44,651 nt of DNA from Myxococcota bacterium (GCA_036337435.1 JAYZEG010000038.1:1-44651), one strand, 5' to 3'. Shown: positions 1 through 9,918, numbered from the stretch's first letter. The notes: generated by a model from the sequence alone, not told the origin. Program-made: numbers and translations.

Positions 1-52
1 ATTTGAGTCCACCACGGGGTATCGTCCGTGACGGGCAATGCTGCCCGAACGC

Positions 53-1723
53 CTATTGGACGACGCTCATTTCGATGGGTTCAGAAATGGTCATCCCAGG
101 CCCAGCGATTTCGAAGGCATCGGTCGTACCCACGATGTCTGTCCCAGGGACGGCTTGCCAACTCGTCGCACCACCGCCAGGCATGTAGAGCACCGCATAA
201 ACGTGATACGTACCTGTGGTGTTTGCCTCGACCAGAACATCAAACGTTTGACCGGGCGTGAGCTCGGGGCTGTTTAACACAAATGGAGGGAAGACATCCG
301 GTGGACCAACGGGTGGGAGCTGGCGAAATAAAGCGACGACCATTCTCTCAGGCGTCTCCGATAAATTCTCCGGAATTTTGAGGGTCACGCAGAGGCTGCC
401 CTCTGTCTCACATGTCCTTGAATCCGGTTCCACCTGCTCCGATGAAGTGCCGAAGGTAAACGTGCAGTTTGCCAGCGTATTTCTGAGAAAATCAGGCGTG
501 ACGAACAGGCGGTATGTACGTCCATTTTCGAAGATAGGGGCAGTCCCGCCCGCTTCTGGTACGGCTTGCTTTGCGATGCTCGGTACGTCTCCAGGTGTAA
601 TGGTGCCCGAGCTCATAGCGTCAGCGGTTGTATCTGAGTAGAGTGCCCACACCGTGTTTGCCGGTTTATCATGGTTTGGCGGACTCCCTGGATTTTCGGC
701 ATCGACTTCCTGAATATAGACTTGTCTTGCCGGACCGCCATTCCAGATCAGACGGCCTTCAGCATCCAGTCCTTCGCCGGTTCCACAAACGGTCGGTTCT
801 TCAACGAGACTCGAATTGATGCGGAGGAATGTCGCCCGCGCGGTCTCAACATCGGCCTGCGACCCACCCCGACGTTCAAATTCTTTTCGGAAGAAGGCTT
901 GCATCCGGGGCACGTCGGTGGTGGCGAAGATGGTTGTTTCTCTATCGAAGCCAAAATTGATGGCTGGCTCCAGGTAGCCTAAAAGGGTGTGTTCAGTGGT
1001 CATGCCTGCCCCCATGACCACGCCGGTCATGGACAAGGTGTCTATCCAACTGCCAGGCGCGTCGATGTCGAACATACTGGCGTAGCCGCTCACCTTGGAA
1101 CTGTGGCAACATGCGCAGCCACTGGCCGCGACTTGCGCCCGAGTCCAGGCAAGTTCTTTTCGATACTCTGGGTCTTGGAACAATTCGGAATCGCTCTCGA
1201 ACCGTCGTTGGGGCGGGATGAACCAAGAGGGCCCATTGGTGCGCACGGTGTCGCATGAGACGACCTCGGCAAACTCCATACCCTCGGGAACGCAGCCAGC
1301 TGGATGGTGCCAGACGCAAAGCTCTTTCGACCCGTCAGCGGCTGTTTTCAAGTATCTATCTTCGACGGTCATCGTCGTGCCATCAAAGGGCATACACTCC
1401 TCAAATGGATAGACGGCTGCGGCGTCCGTTAGGATGGAATTTAATTCAGGAGAGGGAGGGGGCAGTTCGTAGGACTCCCACGCCGATTCAATTTCAGCTT
1501 CTGTCAAAGCGGGTAGGTCAGCAGGGCCACTGCTTGACGACGAGGCACTGTTTTGACAGCCAAAAATAAATCCAGTCAATGCAACCAGAATGACCAGATG
1601 TGGGTACTGGATGCGGGCCCGCCCGTAGAGCGTGTGCGACCTCGCATCTGCGAGGCCGGGTGCCGACAAACTGTGGCGATAAGGCGTTTCGGTTTTGGTT
1701 GTTTTTTTCTGATTACTGGCCAT
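53..1723 (-). CDS. Putative exported lipoprotein/membrane-anchored protein with one CxxCH motif, function unknown
   Basis: Long ORF (track start 1816). ATG at 1723 is preferred because GGAG lies just upstream. Hydrophobic stretch and lipobox LVILVALTGFIFG-C, Ser-rich linker, GCACCHSS motif and several further Cys. A short hairpin CGGGCA-ATGC-TGCCCG (31-46) follows the stop. Confidence 0.75.
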   Translation of the reverse strand: MASNQKKTTKTETPYRHSLSAPGLADARSHTLYGRARIQYPHLVILVALTGFIFGCQNSASSSSSGPADLPALTEAEIESAWESYELPPPSPELNSILTDAAAVYPFEECMPFDGTTMTVEDRYLKTAADGSKELCVWHHPAGCVPEGMEFAEVVSCDTVRTNGPSWFIPPQRRFESDSELFQDPEYRKELAWTRAQVAASGCACCHSSKVSGYASMFDIDAPGSWIDTLSMTGVVMGAGMTTEHTLLGYLEPAINFGFDRETTIFATTDVPRMQAFFRKEFERRGGSQADVETARATFLRINSSLVEEPTVCGTGEGLDAEGRLIWNGGPARQVYIQEVDAENPGSPPNHDKPANTVWALYSDTTADAMSSGTITPGDVPSIAKQAVPEAGGTAPIFENGRTYRLFVTPDFLRNTLANCTFTFGTSSEQVEPDSRTCETEGSLCVTLKIPENLSETPERMVVALFRQLPPVGPPDVFPPFVLNSPELTPGQTFDVLVEANTTGTYHVYAVLYMPGGGATSWQAVPGTDIVGTTDAFEIAGPGMTISEPIEMSVVQ

Positions 1724-1847
1724 CGATTCTCTCCACCACTGGGCATTCAGTGGGTCCTTGCAATGCTCCCTCAACGGTGTCCGTAGACCGCTGGCATCGC
1801 TATCAAAGGGGTTCATGGTTTTCGATTACACAATACGGTGTCGAGGT

Positions 1848-1876
1848 TTTTATCTACCTTTTGGTAGAAATGTCAA
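1848..1876 (-). promoter_or_regulatory. Candidate promoter (-35 TTGACA) with a palindromic operator TCTACC-N4-GGTAGA in the spacer
   Basis: The minus strand reads TTGACA-tttctaccaaaaggtag-ataaaa. Perfect inverted repeat at 1853-1868. The -10 element is weak. Confidence 0.45.
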
Positions 1877-2435
1877 GGTTTACATTAGACAAACCTCTTT
1901 TTTTGCCGATCGGGCAGGGTGCATACGCTCAAATTGCTTGGCATTAAACAATTATCGCCACCGCTCTACCTTAAGCCCACACATCAGACTTAAGGCCGCC
2001 AAGGAAAGATTTCATGGTGGGATCTTTGGTCGGTGTTGACCTTTTTCATGGCCTAAATGACAACGCCGAGGGTTCGGATACGATTTTACCAGACAGGGCC
2101 ATCGACCTTTTTTCCTTGGATCCCATGGTGACCGAACGTGCTGGGTCGCTGCCTGTCAATTCGTGATCGAGAACATGACAATCAGGGTATCTGTACTCCG
2201 GGCCAGTGGTTCCTTAATGAAAAGCAGCGGCATTGCTCGGCAGAGTTCGCGGGTCGAGTCACCTATTTCCGACAACAGCCCAGTCTCAATTGAAGGCCAC
2301 AGGATGAAAATGTCGCCCGTCCATAGATTTTACATTTGTCCTTCAGAGATTTTGATTCCACGAGACGACATTTGAGCTTTAAGAAACGCAACAAAACGGG
2401 TACTAAGACGCCGATGATACGTGAGGAGTCGGTCG

Positions 2436-4382
2436 ATGCAAATCACACTGCCTGATGGCGCGATAAAAGAATTTGAAGGACCTGTGACAGGTGCTCAAAT
2501 CGCTGAGAGTATAAGTTCTGGTTTATTGCGAGCTGCTGTCGCGATTGAAGTTGATGGACAAGAACAAGACTTGTCCGTCCCAATTACCACGGACTCAGCC
2601 GTCAATATTCTCACGCTGAGACAAGACGCAGGCTTGGATATCATGCGGCATACCATCGCCGCTCAGGTTTTGGCCCGCGCGACTCGGGAATTATTTCCCG
2701 GCTCGAAATTGGCCATCGGGCCCACTATCGAAAATGGCTTCTACTACGATGTGGAGTTCGACTCCCCCCTGTCCGAGGATGACCTGCCTCGAATCGAAGA
2801 GCGGATGAAGGCCATCGTTAAGGAGAAAAACACCATCACGATGCGTCTTCTGCCGCGGGCTGAGGCAGTTCGCTTGTTCAAAGACCGTGATGAACCCTAT
2901 AAGGTTGAGATCATCGAGGGGACCGAGGGCCAAGATGACTTTCAAATCTACTTCCAAGATGGAACTGACTTCGTCGATTTGTGCCGCGGTCCACATCTGC
3001 AAAATCTGGGGCAGATTGGGGCGTTTAAACTGACTAAGGTTGCTGGTGCTTACTGGCGTGGCAACAGCGACAACAAGATGCTCACGCGGATTTATGGTAC
3101 AGCTTGGCCTGACAATAAGGCACTCAAGCGGCACTTGCGCGCCATCGAGGAAGCCGAAAAACGCGACCACCGAAAATTGGGGGCGCAATTAGACCTATTC
3201 CACTTCCAGGAAGAGGCCATCGGTCAGGTATTCTGGCATTACAAAGGCTGGACGCTCTACACCAAACTTCAAGAATACATCCGAGCGAAGTTGAGACGCT
3301 CTCAATATCGAGAAGTCAATACGCCGCAGATCGTGAGCAAAGTGCTGTACGAGAAATCAGGCCACTGGGATAAGTTTGGGACCGGGAATATGTTCATTAC
3401 CGATGCCTACGACCAAACCCATGCTTTAAAGCCAATGAATTGTCCCTGCCATGTGCAAATTTTTAGACAAGGCATCAAGAGTTACAGAGACCTGCCCATC
3501 CGCATGTCGGAATTTGGAACCTGTATGCGCCATGAGCAGCGCGGTGCCCTCCATGGCATTATGCGCGTGACATCCATGACCCAAGACGATGGCCATGTGT
3601 TTTGCACACGGGCGCAGATCGAAGAAGAGGTCGTGGCTCTTTGCGAATTAATCAAAGAAATTTACGCTGAATTCGGTTTCGACCCGCCCTATGTTAAATT
3701 CTCCGACCGACCTGAACAACGGGTGGGGTCAGATGCCGTTTGGGACGCGGCAGAGGAGGCTCTTAAGAACGCCTGTGATGCAGGTGGTCTCGAGTGGACT
3801 CTCAATCCGGGCGAAGGTGCATTCTACGGTCCAAAGCTTGAGTTTGTTCTGCGAGACTGCCTTGGGCGGCATTGGCAATGCGGAACAGTCCAGCTCGACT
3901 TCAACCTGTCCGAGCGCCTCGACGCCCATTACATCGATGAAAATGGCGACAAACAGGCTCCGATTCTCATCCATCGAGCCTTACTCGGTTCTCTTGAACG
4001 ATTCGTTGGCATTCTCATCGAACATTTTGCTGGTCATTTTCCCATGTGGCTCGCACCGACTCAGGTGGTCTTGACGGGGATCAGCAGCGCTCAGGACGAC
4101 GCGGTTAAAAAAGTCGAGAGCCTGTTGTTTGAACGAGGATTTCGTGTTCAATCCGATTTGAGGAACGAGAAAGTGAACTTTAAAGTTCGGGAACACAGCC
4201 TCCAGAAAGTGCCGTTCATCGGCGTCATCGGTGCCCGAGAAGCTGAGAATGGAACCGTGACGATTCGACGTTTTGGATCCAAGCAACAGCAGACCTTAAG
4301 TCTGGACGAATGGATCGATGGCATGGAGGCCGAAATCGCCAGTCGGGCATTGCCTCCGGGTTTTGGATTGGACGACGTCTGA
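2436..4382 (+). CDS. thrS: Threonine--tRNA ligase
   Basis: TGS start MQITLPDG; DLCRGPH; GAYWRG; RDHRKLG; KPMNCPCH; SYRDLP; TQDDGH; GAFYGPK; WQCGTVQLDF; IHRALLGSLERF; anticodon-binding domain. GAGGAG precedes ATG 2436. Confidence 0.97.
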   Translation: MQITLPDGAIKEFEGPVTGAQIAESISSGLLRAAVAIEVDGQEQDLSVPITTDSAVNILTLRQDAGLDIMRHTIAAQVLARATRELFPGSKLAIGPTIENGFYYDVEFDSPLSEDDLPRIEERMKAIVKEKNTITMRLLPRAEAVRLFKDRDEPYKVEIIEGTEGQDDFQIYFQDGTDFVDLCRGPHLQNLGQIGAFKLTKVAGAYWRGNSDNKMLTRIYGTAWPDNKALKRHLRAIEEAEKRDHRKLGAQLDLFHFQEEAIGQVFWHYKGWTLYTKLQEYIRAKLRRSQYREVNTPQIVSKVLYEKSGHWDKFGTGNMFITDAYDQTHALKPMNCPCHVQIFRQGIKSYRDLPIRMSEFGTCMRHEQRGALHGIMRVTSMTQDDGHVFCTRAQIEEEVVALCELIKEIYAEFGFDPPYVKFSDRPEQRVGSDAVWDAAEEALKNACDAGGLEWTLNPGEGAFYGPKLEFVLRDCLGRHWQCGTVQLDFNLSERLDAHYIDENGDKQAPILIHRALLGSLERFVGILIEHFAGHFPMWLAPTQVVLTGISSAQDDAVKKVESLLFERGFRVQSDLRNEKVNFKVREHSLQKVPFIGVIGAREAENGTVTIRRFGSKQQQTLSLDEWIDGMEAEIASRALPPGFGLDDV

Positions 4383-4495
4383 GGGACGAGTCGGCCAGTC
4401 CAAAACCATTGAATCCAATTCTTTGTTGTCCTCGCGTCTCGGTGTGTTGAGCTGCGCCCGGCAGATTTTCATCCTTCGACGCAGTGCCAATTGCC

Positions 4496-4525
4496 TTGCG
4501 CGAAGCGCGCTTATCTCTCTATGCT
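4496..4525 (+). promoter_or_regulatory. Possible sigma70-type promoter for the deaminase gene
   Basis: TTGCGC-N18-TATGCT, about 40 nt upstream of ATG 4565. Confidence 0.3.
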
Positions 4526-4564
4526 TTAGTGTGTCTTAACAACGAGGTCTTGGGAGCAGGTTAG

Positions 4565-5002
4565 ATGAGCGACAAGTGGGACAAACGGTTTCTTGAACTC
4601 GCCGGTCATATCGCAGGGTGGTCTAAAGACCCCTCGACCAAGGTCGGCTGTGTTGTGGTAGGCCAAGACCGAGAGATCAGAAGCACAGGATTCAACGGAT
4701 TTCCGAGGGGCATATCAGACGACCTTGACCGGTTGACTGACCGCGAGCAGAAATATCCACTCATTTGTCATGCTGAAGAAAACGCAATCATGCACGCGGC
4801 GCGCATTGGTGTCTCTCTGAAAGAATGCCGGGCCTATGTGACATGGCCTCCATGCACACGCTGCGCACGCTCCTTGATCCAAGCGGGTGTCGTCGAGGTC
4901 ATTTACCCGGATGGGTGCGATGTGCCCGACCGGTGGGCTGCCGACTTTGATATGTCGATTAACATGATGAACGAGGCGGGCGTCAAGACACGCACCGTCT
5001 AG
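4565..5002 (+). CDS. dCMP deaminase family protein (ComEB/DCTD-like)
   Basis: SKDPSTKVGCV, STGFNGFPRG, HAEENA and PCTRC zinc-deaminase motifs. Confidence 0.92.
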   Translation: MSDKWDKRFLELAGHIAGWSKDPSTKVGCVVVGQDREIRSTGFNGFPRGISDDLDRLTDREQKYPLICHAEENAIMHAARIGVSLKECRAYVTWPPCTRCARSLIQAGVVEVIYPDGCDVPDRWAADFDMSINMMNEAGVKTRTV

Positions 5003-5220
5003 ATACACGCGTTCGAATTCGTCTCCAGATCCAGCTGCTCTGTACGATAGGCTCTCGACCATGAAAATCGACATCGTCTCTGACGGTCCAAAGGCAGGTC
5101 CCTCATATGGACGTTTTTTTGATGCCTATCCCGCGATGGTGTCCCGACTCTGAATGTCCATTTCCCGCTCCATGACCGGCTAATTGGCCATCGTTATGCT
5201 GTCGGTCACTGGTAACTTAC

Positions 5221-5250
5221 TTGCCAAAAGTACATTGAAGTTCCTATCCT
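5221..5250 (+). promoter_or_regulatory. Possible sigma70-type promoter of the xdh operon
   Basis: TTGCCA-N18-TATCCT, 36 nt upstream of xdhA. Confidence 0.35.
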
Positions 5251-5286
5251 CAACAATGCGGCAGGTGAGAGGCAGGACAGGACCTT

Positions 5287-6747
5287 ATGGACCATTCAAT
5301 TATCCTTAACGGGAATCAGGTCAAGGTTGGCGATGTATCGCCAACTATGACGTTGCTGGAGTGGCTCAGACAAACCGGATTTACTGGGACAAAAGAAGGC
5401 TGTGCTGAAGGTGATTGTGGTGCGTGCACAGTCGGCCTTCTCGACGAGGGACCAGACGGGCCAACATGGCGGGCCGTCTGCTCTTGCATTCTGTTGGTTC
5501 CTCAGGCATTTGGTCGCCAGCTGGTGACCGTGGAAGGTTTGGCAACTGGCGAGACTCTTCATCCTGCCCAACAGGCCATGGTTGATAAGCTCGGCTCCCA
5601 ATGTGGCTACTGCACGCCCGGGTTTGTCATGAGCCTCTTCGAGGCGACATATCGCTCAGACCTGGATTCCGATTGGAAAAAGGATGACCAAATCTGCGGT
5701 AATCTGTGTCGTTGCACTGGATACCGGCCGATTCGAGAGGCTCTATACCAAATTGCTGGTAGTCAGCCGGTCGATCGCTTCTCTGACTGTTTGAACACCG
5801 AGTTAGCCATTCCGCCTGTCGATTATCGACGCGGCGAACAACGGTATGTTCGTCCTGAAAAATGGCGGGACCTCTGGGACGCGATGGGAGACGATCCAGT
5901 GCGCTTCGTCAGTGGGGCAACGGACCTCGGCTTGGACGTCACACAGCGTTTCAAGACTTTTCCGCTTCTCGTTGACCTGGGACTGTTGCCAGGCATGCGA
6001 GAGATCAATCCCATCGATGGTGGCTGGCGAATCGGTGCCGGTGTTCTCTTATCCGATTTGGAGGCTTGGTCTGAGTTACATTCTGAGTCTCTCGGGAAGA
6101 TGCTTCGATTTTTCGCGTCACGGCAGATTAAGAATCGTGCAACCGTTGGCGGCAACCTATGCAATGCATCACCTATCGGTGACCTGCCGCCGGTCATGTT
6201 GGCATTGAATGCCGTGGCGGTCATTCGGTCGGAAGCTGGAGAGAGACGGCACGCTTTCTCTCCAACCGACAGCGCCCCTGGGTTCTGGACAGCCTATCGG
6301 CGGACCGTTTTGCGAGATGGAGAGGTTCTCGCTGCTGTTGAAATCCCCGACTTGCATCCCAAGACCTATGCCACGACCTACAAGGTCAGTAAACGGCGTG
6401 AGTTGGATATCAGTGCTGTATCGAGTGCCTTTGCACTCAGGCTAGACGAGTCCGGGACGGTCGCAGACATCCGCCTCGCATTCGGTGGGATGGCGGCGAC
6501 GCCGGCACGCGCCCTAAGAACTGAGTCTATCTTGCGCCATCAGACCCTCAGTCAGTCAACCATCGAACGAGCGATCGAAGCCCTTGGTGATGACTTCAGT
6601 CCCATCGATGACCACCGAGGTACAGCGTGGTACAGGGCCACCGTCGCAGCGAACTTATTGCGTGGTTTTTTTGAAGAAGCGCAGGGGCAGGTGAGTGTAA
6701 CTCTGCCAGACAGGCCAACAGGGACAATCTTTGCGGAGACAAACTGA
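5287..6747 (+). CDS. xdhA: Xanthine dehydrogenase small subunit (2x[2Fe-2S] + FAD)
   Basis: GTKEGCAEGDCGAC, GSQCGYCTPG, GNLCRCTGYRPI, FAD-domain QIKNRATVGGN and ASPIGD, YKVSKRRELDISAV. Confidence 0.95.
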   Translation: MDHSIILNGNQVKVGDVSPTMTLLEWLRQTGFTGTKEGCAEGDCGACTVGLLDEGPDGPTWRAVCSCILLVPQAFGRQLVTVEGLATGETLHPAQQAMVDKLGSQCGYCTPGFVMSLFEATYRSDLDSDWKKDDQICGNLCRCTGYRPIREALYQIAGSQPVDRFSDCLNTELAIPPVDYRRGEQRYVRPEKWRDLWDAMGDDPVRFVSGATDLGLDVTQRFKTFPLLVDLGLLPGMREINPIDGGWRIGAGVLLSDLEAWSELHSESLGKMLRFFASRQIKNRATVGGNLCNASPIGDLPPVMLALNAVAVIRSEAGERRHAFSPTDSAPGFWTAYRRTVLRDGEVLAAVEIPDLHPKTYATTYKVSKRRELDISAVSSAFALRLDESGTVADIRLAFGGMAATPARALRTESILRHQTLSQSTIERAIEALGDDFSPIDDHRGTAWYRATVAANLLRGFFEEAQGQVSVTLPDRPTGTIFAETN

Positions 6748-9065
6748 TGTCGGGCGGTCTACACAAACCGGGTCCCCACGAGTCTGCTCATCTGCACGTC
6801 ACAGGCTCAGCAAAATATGTGGCCGATGACCCGGGTCCCCATGGAACGCTCTTTGTCCTTCCGGTCCCATCGCCCATTGCCCGGGGCCGAATCACACACA
6901 TGGAACTGGGTGCGGCCCTCAAGGTCGACGGCGTCCACTCGGTTTTGAGCGTAGACGACATTCCGGGCGACAACATTTGGGGACCGATCCTCCATAATGA
7001 ACCACTTTTGGCTGACGGTTTTGTCCACTATATGGGTCAAGCCATTGCCATTGTCATTGCTGAGACTGAGCAGAGTGCACGACGTGGGGTCGCGGCAGTT
7101 GAACTCCAGTTCGAGGAGGCCTCTCCCATTATTGGCATCGAAAACGCCATTGCCGCAAATGCCTATCATACCGAGCCACACGTGATCGAACGGGGCGACC
7201 TTGACGCGGCTTTTGATTCAGCAGCCCTCATTATCGAAGGGATTGTCGAGACTCCGGCGCAAGACCATTTCTATTTGGAAACGCAGGCAGCCCTAGCCAT
7301 CCCAGAAGAAAACGGGGCCTATACCATTCGGTCCAGTACTCAGCACCCAACAGAGATCCAGAAGGTGGTCGCGGCAGCTCTCGGGATTGGTGCCCATCAT
7401 GTTGTCTGCGAGGTACCGAGGTTGGGTGGTGGTTTTGGTGGGAAGGAGAGTCAGGCAAGTCCTTATGCAGCCTATGCTGCCTTGGCTGCCGCACATACAG
7501 GGCGCCCATGTCGGTCCTGGCTCCATCGAGGCCAAGACATGGCTTGGACCGGTAAACGACATCCATTCAGGACGGAATACAAGGCGGCATTCGACGGGGA
7601 TGGGATGATTTTGGGCGTCCTGGCCCGCTTATTCAGCGACGGGGGATGGTCGCTGGATCTCAGTGGGCCGGTTCTCGATAGAGCACTCTTTCATGTCGAC
7701 AGCAGTTATTTTATTCCAGCGATTCGTGTTGAGGGTCGCGTGTGTGCCACCAATGTCCCATCCAATACGGCCTTCAGAGGGTTCGGCGGTCCGCAAGGGA
7801 TGTTTGTCATCGAAGAGATCCTCAATCGAGCAGCGGACGCGATGGGTGTCGATTCGACCGCCCTTCGTTGTTCGAATTTCTATGGACCGGCCCCACGCGA
7901 CACCGCGCCATACGGTCAGGTCATCGAGGCAAACCGGTTGCCGCAGCTTGTTCCGCAGCTCATGAAAGACGCCAATTATGACGAACGTAAGCGGGCCATC
8001 GAGCAATTTAATCGGTCCGAGCAGCATGTGAAGCGAGGGATTGGTTTTCAGCCGGTTAAATTTGGGATTTCGTTCACAGCAAGTCTACTTAACCAAGCAG
8101 GTGCGCTCGTCCATGTTTATACGGATGGAACCGTACAAATCAATCACGGCGGGACCGAAATGGGCCAAGGCTTACACACCAAAATGATTGCGGTTGCTGC
8201 CGATACCCTCGGGGTTGAGTTGGGTGCTGTCCGATTAATGACGACAGCGACCGACAAGGTGCCAAATACCTCTGCCACAGCGGCGTCGTCGGGCAGTGAT
8301 TTGAATGGAGCTGCGGTTCAAAGCGCGTGCCTGACCATTGTGGAGCGCCTTCGGCCCATCGCTGCCCAATTGATGGGCAATGATACGGACTCAGACGCCG
8401 TTACGTTCCATGACGGTCACGCATGGTTGGGCGACCAGAGTATCCCTTTCTCGACGGTGGCGACCACGGCATGGGCCAAACAGATTAGCTTATCATCGAC
8501 TGGGTATTATGCAACGCCGGGGATTGGTTATGACCCGAGTATTGGTCGCGGTCGCCCCTTTTTCTACTATGCGTTTGGCGGGGCTATCAGTGAAGTCGAG
8601 ATCAATGGCTTGACCGGCGAGTATCGGGTACGGCGGGTCGATATCCTGCATGATGTCGGTAATCCCTTGGCACCATCCATAGACGTGGGTCAAGTGGAAG
8701 GCGGATTTGTTCAGGGAATGGGATGGCTCACCTGTGAGGATGTTCTTTATTCTCCGGACGGCAGACTTCTGACCCACGGCCCCAGTACCTATAAAATACC
8801 GGCCGCGGGAGATACGCCCTTAGACCTTAATGTCAGTCTGTTGCGCGATGCGGATAACCCCCTGGTTATCGGAGGGAGTAAGGCTGTCGGTGAACCCCCA
8901 TTTATGTTGGCTATTTCGGTGGTTTCGGCTTTGCGCGATGCCATCCGCGGGTTCGGGGATGGTGAATGGATCGTAGAACTTGATATGCCCGCGACACCCG
9001 AGTCGGTGCTGAGAGCCGTCGAACACCAACGGACTGGGGTGACCGGTCTTAAAGGACGGAGATGA
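6747..9065 (+). CDS. xdhB: Xanthine dehydrogenase molybdopterin-binding subunit
   Basis: HESAHLHVTG, QDHFYLE, STQHP, RLGGGFGGKESQ, TAFRGFGGPQG, GGTEMGQGL, TAASSGSD, SKAVGEPP. TGATG overlap with xdhA. Confidence 0.95.
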   Translation: MSGGLHKPGPHESAHLHVTGSAKYVADDPGPHGTLFVLPVPSPIARGRITHMELGAALKVDGVHSVLSVDDIPGDNIWGPILHNEPLLADGFVHYMGQAIAIVIAETEQSARRGVAAVELQFEEASPIIGIENAIAANAYHTEPHVIERGDLDAAFDSAALIIEGIVETPAQDHFYLETQAALAIPEENGAYTIRSSTQHPTEIQKVVAAALGIGAHHVVCEVPRLGGGFGGKESQASPYAAYAALAAAHTGRPCRSWLHRGQDMAWTGKRHPFRTEYKAAFDGDGMILGVLARLFSDGGWSLDLSGPVLDRALFHVDSSYFIPAIRVEGRVCATNVPSNTAFRGFGGPQGMFVIEEILNRAADAMGVDSTALRCSNFYGPAPRDTAPYGQVIEANRLPQLVPQLMKDANYDERKRAIEQFNRSEQHVKRGIGFQPVKFGISFTASLLNQAGALVHVYTDGTVQINHGGTEMGQGLHTKMIAVAADTLGVELGAVRLMTTATDKVPNTSATAASSGSDLNGAAVQSACLTIVERLRPIAAQLMGNDTDSDAVTFHDGHAWLGDQSIPFSTVATTAWAKQISLSSTGYYATPGIGYDPSIGRGRPFFYYAFGGAISEVEINGLTGEYRVRRVDILHDVGNPLAPSIDVGQVEGGFVQGMGWLTCEDVLYSPDGRLLTHGPSTYKIPAAGDTPLDLNVSLLRDADNPLVIGGSKAVGEPPFMLAISVVSALRDAIRGFGDGEWIVELDMPATPESVLRAVEHQRTGVTGLKGRR

Positions 9066-9066
9066 C

Positions 9067-9918
9067 ATGCGGGGGAGAGCCGGCCATTCAATTTCAATCA
9101 AGTACGTCGATCGAGCCGATTTGTCTGCTGAGTCAGCCACCCTTGATTCTGTATTCGATGCGGGGTTGACAGGGGTCGTGATTCGCAATGCACTACCGGC
9201 AGAAATGGTCGTACATGCAGCGGGCCGACTCCAGTCTCAAGCTTTGGAGTCCGTCTGGAAATCACCCAATAAAGGGATGCCTGGCGGCGAAATTAGAACA
9301 ATTTGTGACGCCGCAACACCAACTTTTACGGCACTTCGTGGGCCGACTCGCGAGGCCTATGCACAGAGTGCCAGTGAACATCTACACTGGACTCAGAGTA
9401 TTTTCGGTGAACATGAGCCGACCATTCAGATCGCATCGATTTTCAGTGATTTGTTCCATGGGCACCCAGCCGCCCCGCCAAGTTTAGGGGGCGGTGATCA
9501 TTGGGCACCTTTTAATTTCCGTGCTCTCGACCCCGGTGTCCAAATTTACTCCCATCACGACAATCACTACGGCTTAGACATTTATCGAGAACTTGATTCG
9601 GGCTACGACCGCAGCACGTTGCTGAGTTGGTTTGTCACGCTGCAACCGGCTGAGAACGACGGCGACCTCATCATTTACGGCCTTTGGGGCAGCGACCCGA
9701 ATCCACCGATGCTGCCCACGCGCTTTTTGGACACGGCTGCGCTAGAACGTGATTATTGTAAGGAGACCCTGCCGCTCGGGGCCGGTGACATGGTGATTTT
9801 TGATTCGGGCCGCCATGTTCACCGAGTCACACCGGTGATGGGCGAGCTATCGCGGCTGACTCTGGGCGGATTCTTGACCAGTGACAAAGCGCGCTCGCGG
9901 CTGGCCTTTTGGTGCTGA
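9067..9918 (+). CDS. 2OG-Fe(II) oxygenase, WelO5/AmbO5-like, with canonical HxD...H triad
   Basis: YSHHDN (HxD), LSWFVTLQ, GDLIIY, GAGDMVIFDSGRHVHRV (distal His), SRLTLGGF (2OG-binding Arg). Starts 1 nt after the xdhB stop. Confidence 0.85.
   Translation: MRGRAGHSISIKYVDRADLSAESATLDSVFDAGLTGVVIRNALPAEMVVHAAGRLQSQALESVWKSPNKGMPGGEIRTICDAATPTFTALRGPTREAYAQSASEHLHWTQSIFGEHEPTIQIASIFSDLFHGHPAAPPSLGGGDHWAPFNFRALDPGVQIYSHHDNHYGLDIYRELDSGYDRSTLLSWFVTLQPAENDGDLIIYGLWGSDPNPPMLPTRFLDTAALERDYCKETLPLGAGDMVIFDSGRHVHRVTPVMGELSRLTLGGFLTSDKARSRLAFWC

Noticed and set aside
1877..2435. Long region upstream of thrS as a T-box riboswitch, E. coli-type thrS operator, or 70-aa ORF (2163-2375)
   Set aside because: No T-box consensus (GGTGGNACCGCG), terminator or anticodon-mimic hairpin was recognisable. 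The ORF has no RBS or family features.
2436..4382. ThrRS as an antibiotic self-resistance gene (ObaO/BorO type) marking a biosynthetic cluster
   Set aside because: No NRPS/PKS genes in the window, and the YEKSGHW, NCPCH, FYGPK and QLDFNL segments look ordinary.
9067..9918. Calling the 2OG enzyme a halogenase
   Set aside because: It has HxD, not the HxG/HxA needed to leave a halide coordination site.
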